64,000 nt of DNA from a virus (lineage: Duplodnaviria > Heunggongvirae > Uroviricota > Caudoviricetes). Of this stretch, positions 8,903 to 17,426 are shown piece by piece (position 1 is the stretch's first letter; each line of letters starts with the position of its first letter). The stretch is taken from IMG/VR virus record IMGVR_UViG_3300028840_008157, one strand, 5' to 3'. The position numbers were made by a program, and so were the translations under genes. Below the pieces are notes generated by a model, which was given only the letters and a program-made list of their open reading frames with translations, ran no database searches and was not told where the DNA came from.

Positions 8903-9766
8903 ATGCTCAAGAATAACCAGAACGATCAGGAACGCGAGGCCGTTATCGCGCAAGCCCTCGAGACGGATGAGGGTCGCGTCGCTCTCGCGCAGGCCATGGT
9001 GGAGCCAATCCGCCGGGCCCTCGAGTACCAGGCCGTCGGGCGCAAGCTGCTCATGGTGGACGAGCTCCCTCAGGGTGCGCTCGCTCGCTACGAGCGTGAC
9101 GTTCGCTCGGTCGCCCGCGTCATCTCCCGCAGGGGCGCGGTGCCGGACGAGATCCAAGAGGGCGAGGAAGTCCTCGTCCCGACGTTCGAGATCGCGACCA
9201 ACCCGCAGGTTCGGTTGAGCGAGATCAAGGCTCGCCGGTTCTACATCGTGGACCGTGCGCAGATCAAGGCCAAGGAAGCGATCCAGAAGGAAGAGGATAG
9301 CAATATCTTCAACGCTCTGATCGCGTCCGTCAACGCCGCTCACACGGTCACGGCGACCGGTGGCGCGCTGACCCTGACGGCCCTGAACCAAGCGTTCGCG
9401 ACGATCGAGGCGCACGACCTCACGGTCGCCAAGATCGTGATGCACGCCCAGCGGTACGCCGACGTTCGTAACTTCGGCAAGACCGTGTACGACGAGGCGA
9501 CTCAGCGCGAGGTCTTGACCTCCGGCTTGTTCGGTCACCTCTGGACCGCGGACATCCACGTCAGCTCCAGGATGCCCACGACCACCGTCCTCCTGACGGC
9601 GCCCGCCGATTACGTCGGCGCGTTCCCGATCCGGCAGGACATCACGGTTCTCCCCGCGGACGACCCGAAGAAGCTCCGCCTCGGCTGGGTCATCTACGAG
9701 GAGATCGGGATCGTGGTCATCAACGACTACGCGGTGGCCAAGATCACGGTGACCAGCGGCTCGTAA
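8903..9766 (+). CDS. Major capsid protein (HK97 fold)
   Basis: 287 aa; EGRVALAQAMVEPIRRALEY..GRKLL.VDELPQG and P-domain-like C-terminus resembling large-phage MCPs; strong RBS; followed by a terminator. Confidence 0.85.
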   Translation: MLKNNQNDQEREAVIAQALETDEGRVALAQAMVEPIRRALEYQAVGRKLLMVDELPQGALARYERDVRSVARVISRRGAVPDEIQEGEEVLVPTFEIATNPQVRLSEIKARRFYIVDRAQIKAKEAIQKEEDSNIFNALIASVNAAHTVTATGGALTLTALNQAFATIEAHDLTVAKIVMHAQRYADVRNFGKTVYDEATQREVLTSGLFGHLWTADIHVSSRMPTTTVLLTAPADYVGAFPIRQDITVLPADDPKKLRLGWVIYEEIGIVVINDYAVAKITVTSGS

Positions 9767-9784
9767 TCCCAAATCAACACTCAC

Positions 9785-9812
9785 AAAGCCCTCGCCATGC
9801 GAGGGCTTTTTT
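9785..9812 (+). terminator. Rho-independent terminator after the MCP
   Basis: AAAGCCCTCGC-cat-GCGAGGGCTTT followed by further Ts. Confidence 0.9.
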
Positions 9813-9827
9813 ATTGGAGGAGACGAC

Positions 9828-10556
9828 ATGATCGAGAAATTCGTACTGTTCGTCTGTCCTTCCCGCTCTGGACACAGCTTCATCGGATCCGCCATCGACG
9901 CGCATCCTAACGCCTGCGTCGGTCATGAGATGAACGTCATGAACAAGTTCATAAAAGGACGGTGGAAGGACAAGGATTCCATGTTCAGGGATATCTTTGA
10001 TAAGACTCAGGTTTTTGATAAGAATGGTCGTCTAACGCCAAACCGTTTTGGGGACAAGCATGACCAGTCCATGCACGGACAGGTCAAGGGCGACATGTCC
10101 GGGCTCATTCTATTAGGCAACAAGAACGGCAAGATCGACCTGGACATCGACGACTACATGGCTCACCTGGAGGAGTTCCGAAGGTTCATCGCCCCCGCCG
10201 AGGTTCGAGCCTTGTCGGTCCTCCGGAACCCCCTCGACGCCTCCGGGAACCCCGACTGGTATTACACGACGCAGGAAAGGTACGACGAGCTCACGATACC
10301 GAAGATGGTCGTATGCTACGAGGACTTCGTGCGGGATACCCGCAACGAGATGGCGGCCATCGTGAGGTTCCTGGGGTTGCCGTTGGACGAGCTACACCTT
10401 GCCACGGTTGACGACAAGTCTTACAAGGAGCCCATCAGGTCGAGGCGCCGCATGCAGCACAACAAGAAGTACCGGGCCAAGAAGCCCCTCTTCAAGCAGG
10501 CATGCGTCGACTTGCCATTGTACAAGCGCTACGAGTCCGACCTGGGCGACGACTAG
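9828..10556 (+). CDS. Sulfotransferase-family protein
   Basis: N-terminal PSRSGHS..AHP..HE (PAPS-binding loop-like), RNPLD and YEDFV..FLGL motifs. Confidence 0.7.
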   Translation: MIEKFVLFVCPSRSGHSFIGSAIDAHPNACVGHEMNVMNKFIKGRWKDKDSMFRDIFDKTQVFDKNGRLTPNRFGDKHDQSMHGQVKGDMSGLILLGNKNGKIDLDIDDYMAHLEEFRRFIAPAEVRALSVLRNPLDASGNPDWYYTTQERYDELTIPKMVVCYEDFVRDTRNEMAAIVRFLGLPLDELHLATVDDKSYKEPIRSRRRMQHNKKYRAKKPLFKQACVDLPLYKRYESDLGDD

Positions 10557-11194
10557 ACGTACGACGACATCAGGAGGATCGCCTCCTCCGGGCTGGAGAA
10601 TTTCTCGAACTCCTTGCCGTTATGGAAGTCGTTGATCCTGGGCCAGTCGTAGATGATGACCGGGACGCCAACGCTGTGACAAAGGTGGCTCAACCCCGAG
10701 TCGATGCCTATGAAGAAGGCCGCCTTGGAGGCGAGCGTCACGCATTCCTTCATGCTCATGGGCAAGCCCAGCCTGGCGTTCTTTCGTCTCGATATCCAGT
10801 CCATGATGGCGTCGTGTCGACTCGGCAGAAGGCACCTGATGCATTGCTCCGGTTGCTGGTTGTTGGAGAGTTGGTGAACGATGAGTTTGCCGTCGCCGTT
10901 CCATCGCGTCTTCGTGGGACGATAAGGATGCTTGAAACACGTCACGTCCGGCGTGAAAACCGTCGCCCCCCTTTCGACGAGCTTGATCCTCGCCTCTCCC
11001 AAGTCCAGGACGGACATGATCTCCTCTAGCTTGCCCCCGACGAACATGGACTTGTGAAACGCGTCCCCTTCCCTTGGGCAAGCGCACGTCGACGACAGGA
11101 CCTCCTTCCCTGAACGGATGGAGATGTCGCAGAGCATGTTGACGAACGCCCAACAATCGCCCAAACATCGCGTGGGCGGCGCGTAGATGTCCAT
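10553..11194 (-). CDS. Glycosyltransferase family 9-like protein
   Basis: N-terminal LGD and C-terminal FIGIDSGLSHL..GVP motif of GT9 heptosyltransferase-like enzymes. Confidence 0.7.
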   Translation of the reverse strand: MDIYAPPTRCLGDCWAFVNMLCDISIRSGKEVLSSTCACPREGDAFHKSMFVGGKLEEIMSVLDLGEARIKLVERGATVFTPDVTCFKHPYRPTKTRWNGDGKLIVHQLSNNQQPEQCIRCLLPSRHDAIMDWISRRKNARLGLPMSMKECVTLASKAAFFIGIDSGLSHLCHSVGVPVIIYDWPRINDFHNGKEFEKFSSPEEAILLMSSYV

Positions 11195-11330
11195 CAGGCG
11201 AATCCCTTCATCGAATCCTGTCCCCCCCCATCCTCATGAATCATAACGAGATGCGATTCCATTTTGGAATTACGAAGGAAGAACACGTGTTTCTCGTGGT
11301 AGCCGATGGTAGCAGGCGGAGGGGACGCCG

Positions 11331-12086
11331 ATGGCCTTGCGCTCGTTCGGATGCGAGCTGGAGTTCTGCTCCGACTGGGAGCGGACCAAGGACGCTCTCC
11401 ATCAGGCCGTGGAAGATGTATACGGGCCCCATAAGCTGATGGTAAGGGAGGCTTGGTACCGGTCCATCAACAACCGTACCTGGCACATGAAGGAGGACGG
11501 CTCGACGACCGGAGAGATCGTGACGCCAGTCTCGACGGAGGATGACCTTGATCTCATATGCGAGGTCATCGGGCTCCTGAGGGCGTCGGGCGTCAAGGCC
11601 GGACGGAAGGACGGGTTTCACGTCCACGTGTGGGCGAGGGACCTCGACCCGAGGATGCTCGTGGCTTCGTGGGCCAGGATCGAGACGCAAGTCATGTCGG
11701 TTTTCCCTCGTCACCGCAGGTCGAACTACTATTGCGCGCCCATACGGGATTCGCGCTTCGAGTCCATGATGGAGTCGGCCAGAAAACACCACGCCGCGTT
11801 GTCCATGCGATTGAGGAAATTCCCCAAGTCGCCCAAGGAGCCACGGATGAAGCAGCGCGGGACCGTCGAGTTCCGCGTCGCGGAGGGGACGTTCGACCCG
11901 GTCCTGGTCAGGAATTGGATAAGGTTCTGCCTCCGGTTCGTCGAGGGGGCCAAGGATATCGACCCCTACGTGTTCATGACGGACAGGCCGTCCAAGCCGA
12001 ACCTGAGGCAGCTCCTACGCGAGATCGGGATGGAATCCTCCTACGGGTTCTTCGATTCGAGGAGAAGGCGTTTCGCCCGCGTATAA
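11331..12086 (+). CDS. Putative amidoligase (COOH-NH2 ligase type 2)
   Basis: FGCELE, DGS, EIVTP, GFHVHV and TVEFR motifs; GGAGGG RBS. Confidence 0.75.
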   Translation: MALRSFGCELEFCSDWERTKDALHQAVEDVYGPHKLMVREAWYRSINNRTWHMKEDGSTTGEIVTPVSTEDDLDLICEVIGLLRASGVKAGRKDGFHVHVWARDLDPRMLVASWARIETQVMSVFPRHRRSNYYCAPIRDSRFESMMESARKHHAALSMRLRKFPKSPKEPRMKQRGTVEFRVAEGTFDPVLVRNWIRFCLRFVEGAKDIDPYVFMTDRPSKPNLRQLLREIGMESSYGFFDSRRRRFARV

Positions 12087-12118
12087 TCCCGAAGCCGGAT
12101 GAACCGGGAGGACTACGC

Positions 12119-13018
12119 ATGAAGACGATCTTCGGGAAGGCGATCAAGAGCGTCTTGTCTGGATCTGCCTGTTTCGGCGTTTCCGGGCCCAAAGGATTCA
12201 GTGGTGATTCAGGCGTGAGCGCATATTCGTCCGCGCCCGGGTTTAGCGGGCGTAGCGGGCGTAGCGGGTTCAGCGGGTTCAGGTTCAGCGGGTTCAGTTC
12301 TTCAGGCAGCGGCGTCAGCGGCTTCAGCGGTTTCAGCGCATGTTCGGCGCCCATCGCCGGGTTCTCGGGGGTCGCGACCAACCTGGTCTATTTCATCGTG
12401 GACGAGCAGGAATGGACGGACGCCTACATGTTCGTCGCCGAGGATTACGCCCTCGAGGAGGTTGAAGAGGGGGAGGTCATCTGGTCCGTCGGGGGGCATT
12501 GGCAGTGGAGAGGAGGAGGAAGTCGTCGTCCCTCCTTACCGAAGGGCAGGCTGAGCCTGGTGGCGAAGGCCGACGGGAAGGGTCGTTTCGTCCTTGGGGA
12601 CGACGAAAAGGACGTGACGTCCATGGTAAACCAAAAGGGAGGTCGCATCGGCTGGTTCGACGTGGGCGATTGCGACAGCGCCGAGGTGATCATCATCTTG
12701 GGGAAGGGCGTCATCGGGACGCCCGACGAGCCACTCGTCGTCCCATCGTCATCGCAGTTCGTCAAGAAGGAAGACGGTTGGACCATAAAGGGTTACGTCG
12801 ATACCGACATCGTGTTCGGGGAACAACACAAGCATCCCGTCGAACAGCAAGCCAGGCTAGAACACGACGCCACGTTCTCCGCCTTGGCCGCCGCCGAATG
12901 GTCGACGAGATGCGACTACGCGCCGTCCATCCCCGCCTACTGTAGTTGCCAAGCCTGCTTCGTGGCGAAAAAGTGGAAGGACCATTTCAATAAGGTCAAG
13001 TCCGAGCTCGTCGCTTGA
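12119..13018 (+). CDS. Hypothetical protein with N-terminal (G-x-S)n / SGFSG repeats
   Basis: GGAGG before the ATG at 12119; TATAAT at 12082; repeat tract encoded by 9-bp tandem units. Confidence 0.65.
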   Translation: MKTIFGKAIKSVLSGSACFGVSGPKGFSGDSGVSAYSSAPGFSGRSGRSGFSGFRFSGFSSSGSGVSGFSGFSACSAPIAGFSGVATNLVYFIVDEQEWTDAYMFVAEDYALEEVEEGEVIWSVGGHWQWRGGGSRRPSLPKGRLSLVAKADGKGRFVLGDDEKDVTSMVNQKGGRIGWFDVGDCDSAEVIIILGKGVIGTPDEPLVVPSSSQFVKKEDGWTIKGYVDTDIVFGEQHKHPVEQQARLEHDATFSALAAAEWSTRCDYAPSIPAYCSCQACFVAKKWKDHFNKVKSELVA

Positions 13019-13667
13019 TGATCGCCGTGACGTGATCGGAACCCTCCTCGTATACCTGGCAGAACTCGGCGTTCTCCCCTATGAAGGCTGCCTGATTCGC
13101 GTCCATGTACTTCGAGTCGATCTTGCCGCTGGCCGCGAACCGCTTCAGGACGGGCAACGCGGCATCCTGGTGGCCAGCCGGGAGTCCCCATCCCCAGTTC
13201 GACGTGTGCAGGTCTTCGACGACGTACCATCCGCCTGGCTCGACCTTCGGGAAGAGGAAACCCAACGTGACCTGCTGGTGGATGACCTCGTGGCTTCCGT
13301 CGTCGATTATGATGTCGAAGTAGGTTCTCCCCGGCGAGACGCGTTCCAGCGCCTCCAGGAACCCCTTCTCGTCGTTCTGGTCGGCCTGGAACGTGATGAT
13401 CCTGTCCTCGTTGAACAGGAACTTGTCGTTGATGTCGGCCCCGTAGATGACGGCGTTCGGGAAGTACTCCTGGAACATGCGCTGGGACGCCCCGTGGTTC
13501 ATGGTCTTGCCTAGCCCGTCGTTGACGCCGATCTCGAGGAGGGCCGAGACGTCGGTTCTGGAATCCTCCCAGAAGTGCGCGTAGAAGTCGGCGAATCCGT
13601 GGTAACGATGCCCGTCGCTTCCCTTGTCGGTCCTGTACTTGTTGGCCAGGTCGTTCAATAGGCTCAC
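12996..13667 (-). CDS. Class I SAM-dependent methyltransferase (sugar O-methyltransferase-like)
   Basis: TDK, LLEIGV, G.DI, DIIIDDGSH and GG.YVVEDL motifs; GTG start overlaps the upstream TGA. Confidence 0.8.
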   Translation of the reverse strand: MSLLNDLANKYRTDKGSDGHRYHGFADFYAHFWEDSRTDVSALLEIGVNDGLGKTMNHGASQRMFQEYFPNAVIYGADINDKFLFNEDRIITFQADQNDEKGFLEALERVSPGRTYFDIIIDDGSHEVIHQQVTLGFLFPKVEPGGWYVVEDLHTSNWGWGLPAGHQDAALPVLKRFAASGKIDSKYMDANQAAFIGENAEFCQVYEEGSDHVTAIIKRRART

Positions 13668-14206
13668 GGGATGGATACCTTCTCGCTGCAAACCTGGTAG
13701 ATGGTCGTCTTGATCGGTCCCGTGTAGCGTCTCAGCCGGACGCCAGCCTCGTCCAGCATTTCCAGGGCGCTCTCGACGGAATCCTTCCAGTCGTGCCTCC
13801 CGTACAGGTGGGACATCATCTCGTCGATGGGGTGATGATGGATGACCTCGGATATGGCCCCGCATTGGATGATCCCGTGGGCGCACCCGGCGCAGGGAGC
13901 CCATTGCGTGTAGAGCCTGCAATTCCTGGCGCGCCAACCCGACAGGATCGCGTTGTCGATGGCGTTCCTCTCGGCGTGTGCCGTATACCGGTACTTCGCC
14001 GGCCTCTTGTGGCGGGCGGGGACGTCGTCCTCGACGCCCCTTGGGAACCCGTTGAAGCCCGTCGAGATGATGCTCCGGCGCTCGTCAACGATGATTGCAC
14101 CGACCTTGCTCGACGCGTCCTTGGACTTCATGGCCACGAAGAAGGACATGCTCATGAAATACTCGTCCCACGAGTCGAATGACGCGTCCTTCAGCGTAGG
14201 AATCAT
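13664..14206 (-). CDS. dCMP deaminase
   Basis: WDEYFM, KVGAII, GFNG, HAERNAI and PCxxC zinc motifs; AAGGAG before the ATG at 14206. Confidence 0.9.
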   Translation of the reverse strand: MIPTLKDASFDSWDEYFMSMSFFVAMKSKDASSKVGAIIVDERRSIISTGFNGFPRGVEDDVPARHKRPAKYRYTAHAERNAIDNAILSGWRARNCRLYTQWAPCAGCAHGIIQCGAISEVIHHHPIDEMMSHLYGRHDWKDSVESALEMLDEAGVRLRRYTGPIKTTIYQVCSEKVSIP

Positions 14207-14225
14207 CCCGTTCTCCTTGGGATGA

Positions 14226-14681
14226 TTATACTGTCCCGGGTCGTCCATCCTCGTTGCTGACGACGACGACCTTGCGATTCTTGAGCATCTCCCTTTCCAC
14301 GGTACGCGGGTTAAGGCGCGTTATCTTTTTGATCGCCTCGTCCCTGTTTTTGCGGAACTTCTCGTTCAGCTTTCGGAGGGCCGGTTTCGTCGTAGGAGGG
14401 CTCGTGGATACGATCCGGTCGATAATTACCATCGTGTCGATGTCGCCGTGCTCTTCCTGCCGGCGTCGTACGTGGTCATCGCACCAATTATCGGACTCCT
14501 TGATGTCGAAGGCGTAGCCACGAAGCTGGACGGGGAGCGGACCGAAGTATGTCAGCTTCAGGTCCGACCTTTGACGATCCCCCTTCTTCTTCTCGATTTC
14601 GGCCCTCTTGTTCCTACGAGGCATCTTTTTTGTTACAAGTTCAGACAATTCCTCGAGTTCCGTCTTTTCTTCCGGGTCCAT
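14226..14681 (-). CDS. Hypothetical basic protein
   Basis: AAAGGAG before the ATG at 14681. Confidence 0.6.
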   Translation of the reverse strand: MDPEEKTELEELSELVTKKMPRRNKRAEIEKKKGDRQRSDLKLTYFGPLPVQLRGYAFDIKESDNWCDDHVRRRQEEHGDIDTMVIIDRIVSTSPPTTKPALRKLNEKFRKNRDEAIKKITRLNPRTVEREMLKNRKVVVVSNEDGRPGTV

Positions 14682-14711
14682 TGTGAAAATTCTCCTTTCT
14701 GGGGCGCATTG

Positions 14712-14801
14712 TCGGGCCTTCGCGTTACCTGGTCTGGCGTCAGGCACGGCCAAATTGGACTTGATCGGGCCTTCGCGTTACCTGGTCTGGCGTCAGGCAC
14801 G
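14712..14801. repeat. Two identical 37-bp direct repeats separated by 16 bp
   Basis: TCGGGCCTTCGCGTTACCTGGTCTGGCGTCAGGCACG at 14712-14748 and 14765-14801. Confidence 0.95.
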
Positions 14802-14818
14802 CCCGATTCGCGGTTACA

Positions 14819-14843
14819 AGGACGGAGACATTAACCCTTTGAA
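14819..14843 (+). promoter_or_regulatory. Sigma-H-like promoter
   Basis: AGGA-N18-GAAT, 30 nt before the TTG start at 14874. Confidence 0.65.
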
Positions 14844-14873
14844 TATACGAATAAGGGTTAGAGGGGCCATTTC

Positions 14874-17210
14874 TTGCGGATAACCGCCAACAGCAAGCAG
14901 GGCGTGATCGAAGCCTTCCTCGTGGCGCTGGCCAACGCCGTGGTATCCGCCCTCGTGCGGGAATTCGGCATGGCGGAGGAGTTCGCCAGGCAGGTCGCCA
15001 GCGCGGCCGAGGGAAGCATCAACGTCGCCCGATGGATGGCCAAGAACGGCGTCAACGAGTCCAACCTCGGCGAGATGACGGAAATCCTGAAGGAGTTCAA
15101 CTCTCTGAAGCCGCGCCTGAAAGCCCGTGGCGCGACGACCGACCTGATGAGCCTGGATTATGAAGGCTTGTTCTCCTTGGTCGAGAGCGGGCGCGACATG
15201 CCTCCGACCATATCGGAGATAAGAAAAAACCTACCTCGTGAGATCATAGGCATCGTAACATACGGCTTGGGGATCGCTCAGCGCCTTAACCCGCAGGTCG
15301 ACATGAACGTCGCCAAACCGCTCGCCTTCCAATGGGTTCATCATCTCTTCGACGAGGCAGTTCGGAGACCGTGGCCCGGTCCGGATGAATGGGCCATAGA
15401 AAGACTTACGGAAGACAAGCGGGAGATAGCGGACGCGATGGGCGAGTACTTCGCGTACGTCATGGGCAAACCAAGGGCACGGAATATCCTGGACTTCGAT
15501 ACTCATCCATCGTTGGCTCATTACGTGGATGGCCTGATGACGCCGGAGCAGAGGCGTCTAAAGTACAGCATCGACGAGCCGAAGACCGATGTTGGCATGG
15601 AGATCATTGCCCTTCCCGATGGCTACCGAGCCATTCGCGTTACGAAATGGAGCGAAAGGTTCCGAGACGAACTCTGCAAGAGCGCGAGATGGTGCATCAG
15701 AAGCCCCGAGATGTTCGAGTCTTACAACATCAGCGAACATACCCCGCTTTACCTTCTCCTCGAAGGGAACAGGCAGGTCGGCCTCCTGTCCCTAGCGTTG
15801 GGCGAGTTCAAGGACGTGATGGACGCCCCGATCGGCGAATCGAAAATGCTGAAGGAGGACGAACTCGACAAGATTTTCGACGTCGTCGAGAGCCTAGCAG
15901 ACGTCGAAGGCGTGGACATGCCAGCCGGCGGGGATTTCCTGCCGTGGATGATCACGCGAGGCAAGATTCCACCAAGGGCGTTGTTGGACATGAAAGAGGA
16001 ACTGGAAGAGCTCAAGTCCTGGGGAAGGGAGGAGGGACAGGCCGCGGTAATAGACTCCAAAGAAGATTCGATGAACTCGTTGATGCGTACTTACGCGCAG
16101 AAGTACCTCGAGATCGTCGAGAAGAGTGATCTCGATCCTTCCGAGGTAATGCAAATACTGCAAGAAATCACCAATCATGCGCCACTTTCGATAGGCAGGC
16201 TTTCCAACGAAACCATCAACAACCTGCGCGCGGTTGGGAGAATAGCCAAAAAAATAGCCGTCAAGGGAAGGTTCTATCGGCCCCGCTTATCGACGCCGGG
16301 CGCGCTTAGCCTGTTTCGACGGTTCCTTCCCGAGGAATATCTGGAATGGGCGAGAACCGTCACCCCGGCCTCCAACCAAACCCTCGACCTGACTCGCTAC
16401 CTCGTCGTGATGAGTCATCTAACGAACAGGGGAAGGGACGACGACGCTGACCAAATCGACGAGAAGTACTTCGGGACTATTCCGGAAGATGCTCGCAAGG
16501 CCGTCCTGGCGAAGGCTCAACAGGAATTCGTGTCGCATCCAGCGGTATTGTCGGAAGAGGAGCCCGTGTTGCCGGGCGTCGCGATCTACAACAATGGCCC
16601 AACGGACGAGGGCGAGACGATCCTGAGGGATGGCGATGATTGGTACCTTACCTCGGACTCCTGGGACCTCGATAACCTCAGGTCGCCGATAGGAGCCCAG
16701 CCTAAATTAGTCGCTTCCACCGCCAAGTTCGTTAGTTTACTGGGATCGTACAGGAAAAAGATGTTTGAAACGACGAGGACCGACATGAGACGCGCCTCCC
16801 AAGGATCAATGACGCCTGAGGAAGCGGAGGAAATGTTCAAGAAGCACGCCGGAAGGGAAAGGTGGGATTATCGCAGGCGGGACTTCGAGGACCCCTTCAA
16901 GGCGACGGACATGGACGCGCAGAATGCTTTCTTTGACGACATGCGGGACATCGGTCGGTACTTAGACAAAGACAGCGGGATCAGGAGAAGGATCGAGAAT
17001 CTCCCGAAAGAGATGAACTACGCCGATTTCGCCTGGAGGTTGGTGAATTGGGCTCCGGGCGGAAGCGTTGCCCCGTTTCTTGGTCAGGTTTTCGAGGAAA
17101 AGATCAGGGACAGGATCGACTTGTTGAAGCGTAAGGGGAATCCGATAGAGGAAAAGCCCCCTCCCAAGGCTTTGGTAGCGTGGATTGATCGTTCCTGCAA
17201 GTGGGCCTAA
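14874..17210 (+). CDS. Large hypothetical protein, possible virion or internal protein
   Basis: 778-aa ORF with GAGGGG RBS and TTG start; central ARWC motif; codon usage more A/T-rich than neighbours. Confidence 0.7.
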   Translation: MRITANSKQGVIEAFLVALANAVVSALVREFGMAEEFARQVASAAEGSINVARWMAKNGVNESNLGEMTEILKEFNSLKPRLKARGATTDLMSLDYEGLFSLVESGRDMPPTISEIRKNLPREIIGIVTYGLGIAQRLNPQVDMNVAKPLAFQWVHHLFDEAVRRPWPGPDEWAIERLTEDKREIADAMGEYFAYVMGKPRARNILDFDTHPSLAHYVDGLMTPEQRRLKYSIDEPKTDVGMEIIALPDGYRAIRVTKWSERFRDELCKSARWCIRSPEMFESYNISEHTPLYLLLEGNRQVGLLSLALGEFKDVMDAPIGESKMLKEDELDKIFDVVESLADVEGVDMPAGGDFLPWMITRGKIPPRALLDMKEELEELKSWGREEGQAAVIDSKEDSMNSLMRTYAQKYLEIVEKSDLDPSEVMQILQEITNHAPLSIGRLSNETINNLRAVGRIAKKIAVKGRFYRPRLSTPGALSLFRRFLPEEYLEWARTVTPASNQTLDLTRYLVVMSHLTNRGRDDDADQIDEKYFGTIPEDARKAVLAKAQQEFVSHPAVLSEEEPVLPGVAIYNNGPTDEGETILRDGDDWYLTSDSWDLDNLRSPIGAQPKLVASTAKFVSLLGSYRKKMFETTRTDMRRASQGSMTPEEAEEMFKKHAGRERWDYRRRDFEDPFKATDMDAQNAFFDDMRDIGRYLDKDSGIRRRIENLPKEMNYADFAWRLVNWAPGGSVAPFLGQVFEEKIRDRIDLLKRKGNPIEEKPPPKALVAWIDRSCKWA

Positions 17211-17213
17211 ATG

Positions 17214-17241
17214 GTCCGAGGCTCCACTAGGAGCCTCGGAC
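17214..17241. terminator. Perfect 12-bp hairpin between convergent units
   Basis: GTCCGAGGCTCC-acta-GGAGCCTCGGAC; no clear U-tract. Confidence 0.55.
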
Positions 17242-17376
17242 GAGGTCACCGATGGAGGGTCGGCCCTCGTTGCCGCAGTTTTACCCACTGATGGACCCCC
17301 TACCCCGAGTGATCATATTGATGCCAGGTAGGGTAGGAACCGGGTGAGGCGCCCACTAGCGGCTGGGGCGACCCCC
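17242..17376 (-). ncRNA. Putative structured non-coding RNA of unknown class
   Basis: Nested helices GGGGUCGCC/GGUGACCUC, GCCGC(U)AG/CUGCGGC, ACCC/GGGU, UUCCUACCCU/GGGGUAGGGG and AUCA/UGAU, plus a GAGGG/CCCUC side hairpin; G-U pairs favour the - strand. Confidence 0.5.
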
Positions 17377-17384
17377 GTTAAGGT

Positions 17385-17424
17385 TCCCTAGTCAGAATTC
17401 TAGGTCTCCCTAGTCAGAATTCTA
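17385..17424. repeat. Two 18-bp direct repeats with a 22-bp period
   Basis: TCCCTAGTCAGAATTCTA at 17385-17402 and 17407-17424. Confidence 0.9.
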
Positions 17425-17426
17425 AG

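Noticed and set aside
8903-9766. Encapsulin shell protein
   Set aside because: Context of protease, scaffold, tail tube and TMP indicates a true phage capsid
11558-12118. 5' extension of the 486-aa ORF and similar extensions (13937, 19898, 30453, 35740, 51390)
   Set aside because: They overlap well-supported genes in another frame; downstream starts have an RBS or stop-start coupling
14712-14801. CRISPR array
   Set aside because: Only two repeats, a 16-bp spacer and no cas genes in the window; reported as a repeat instead
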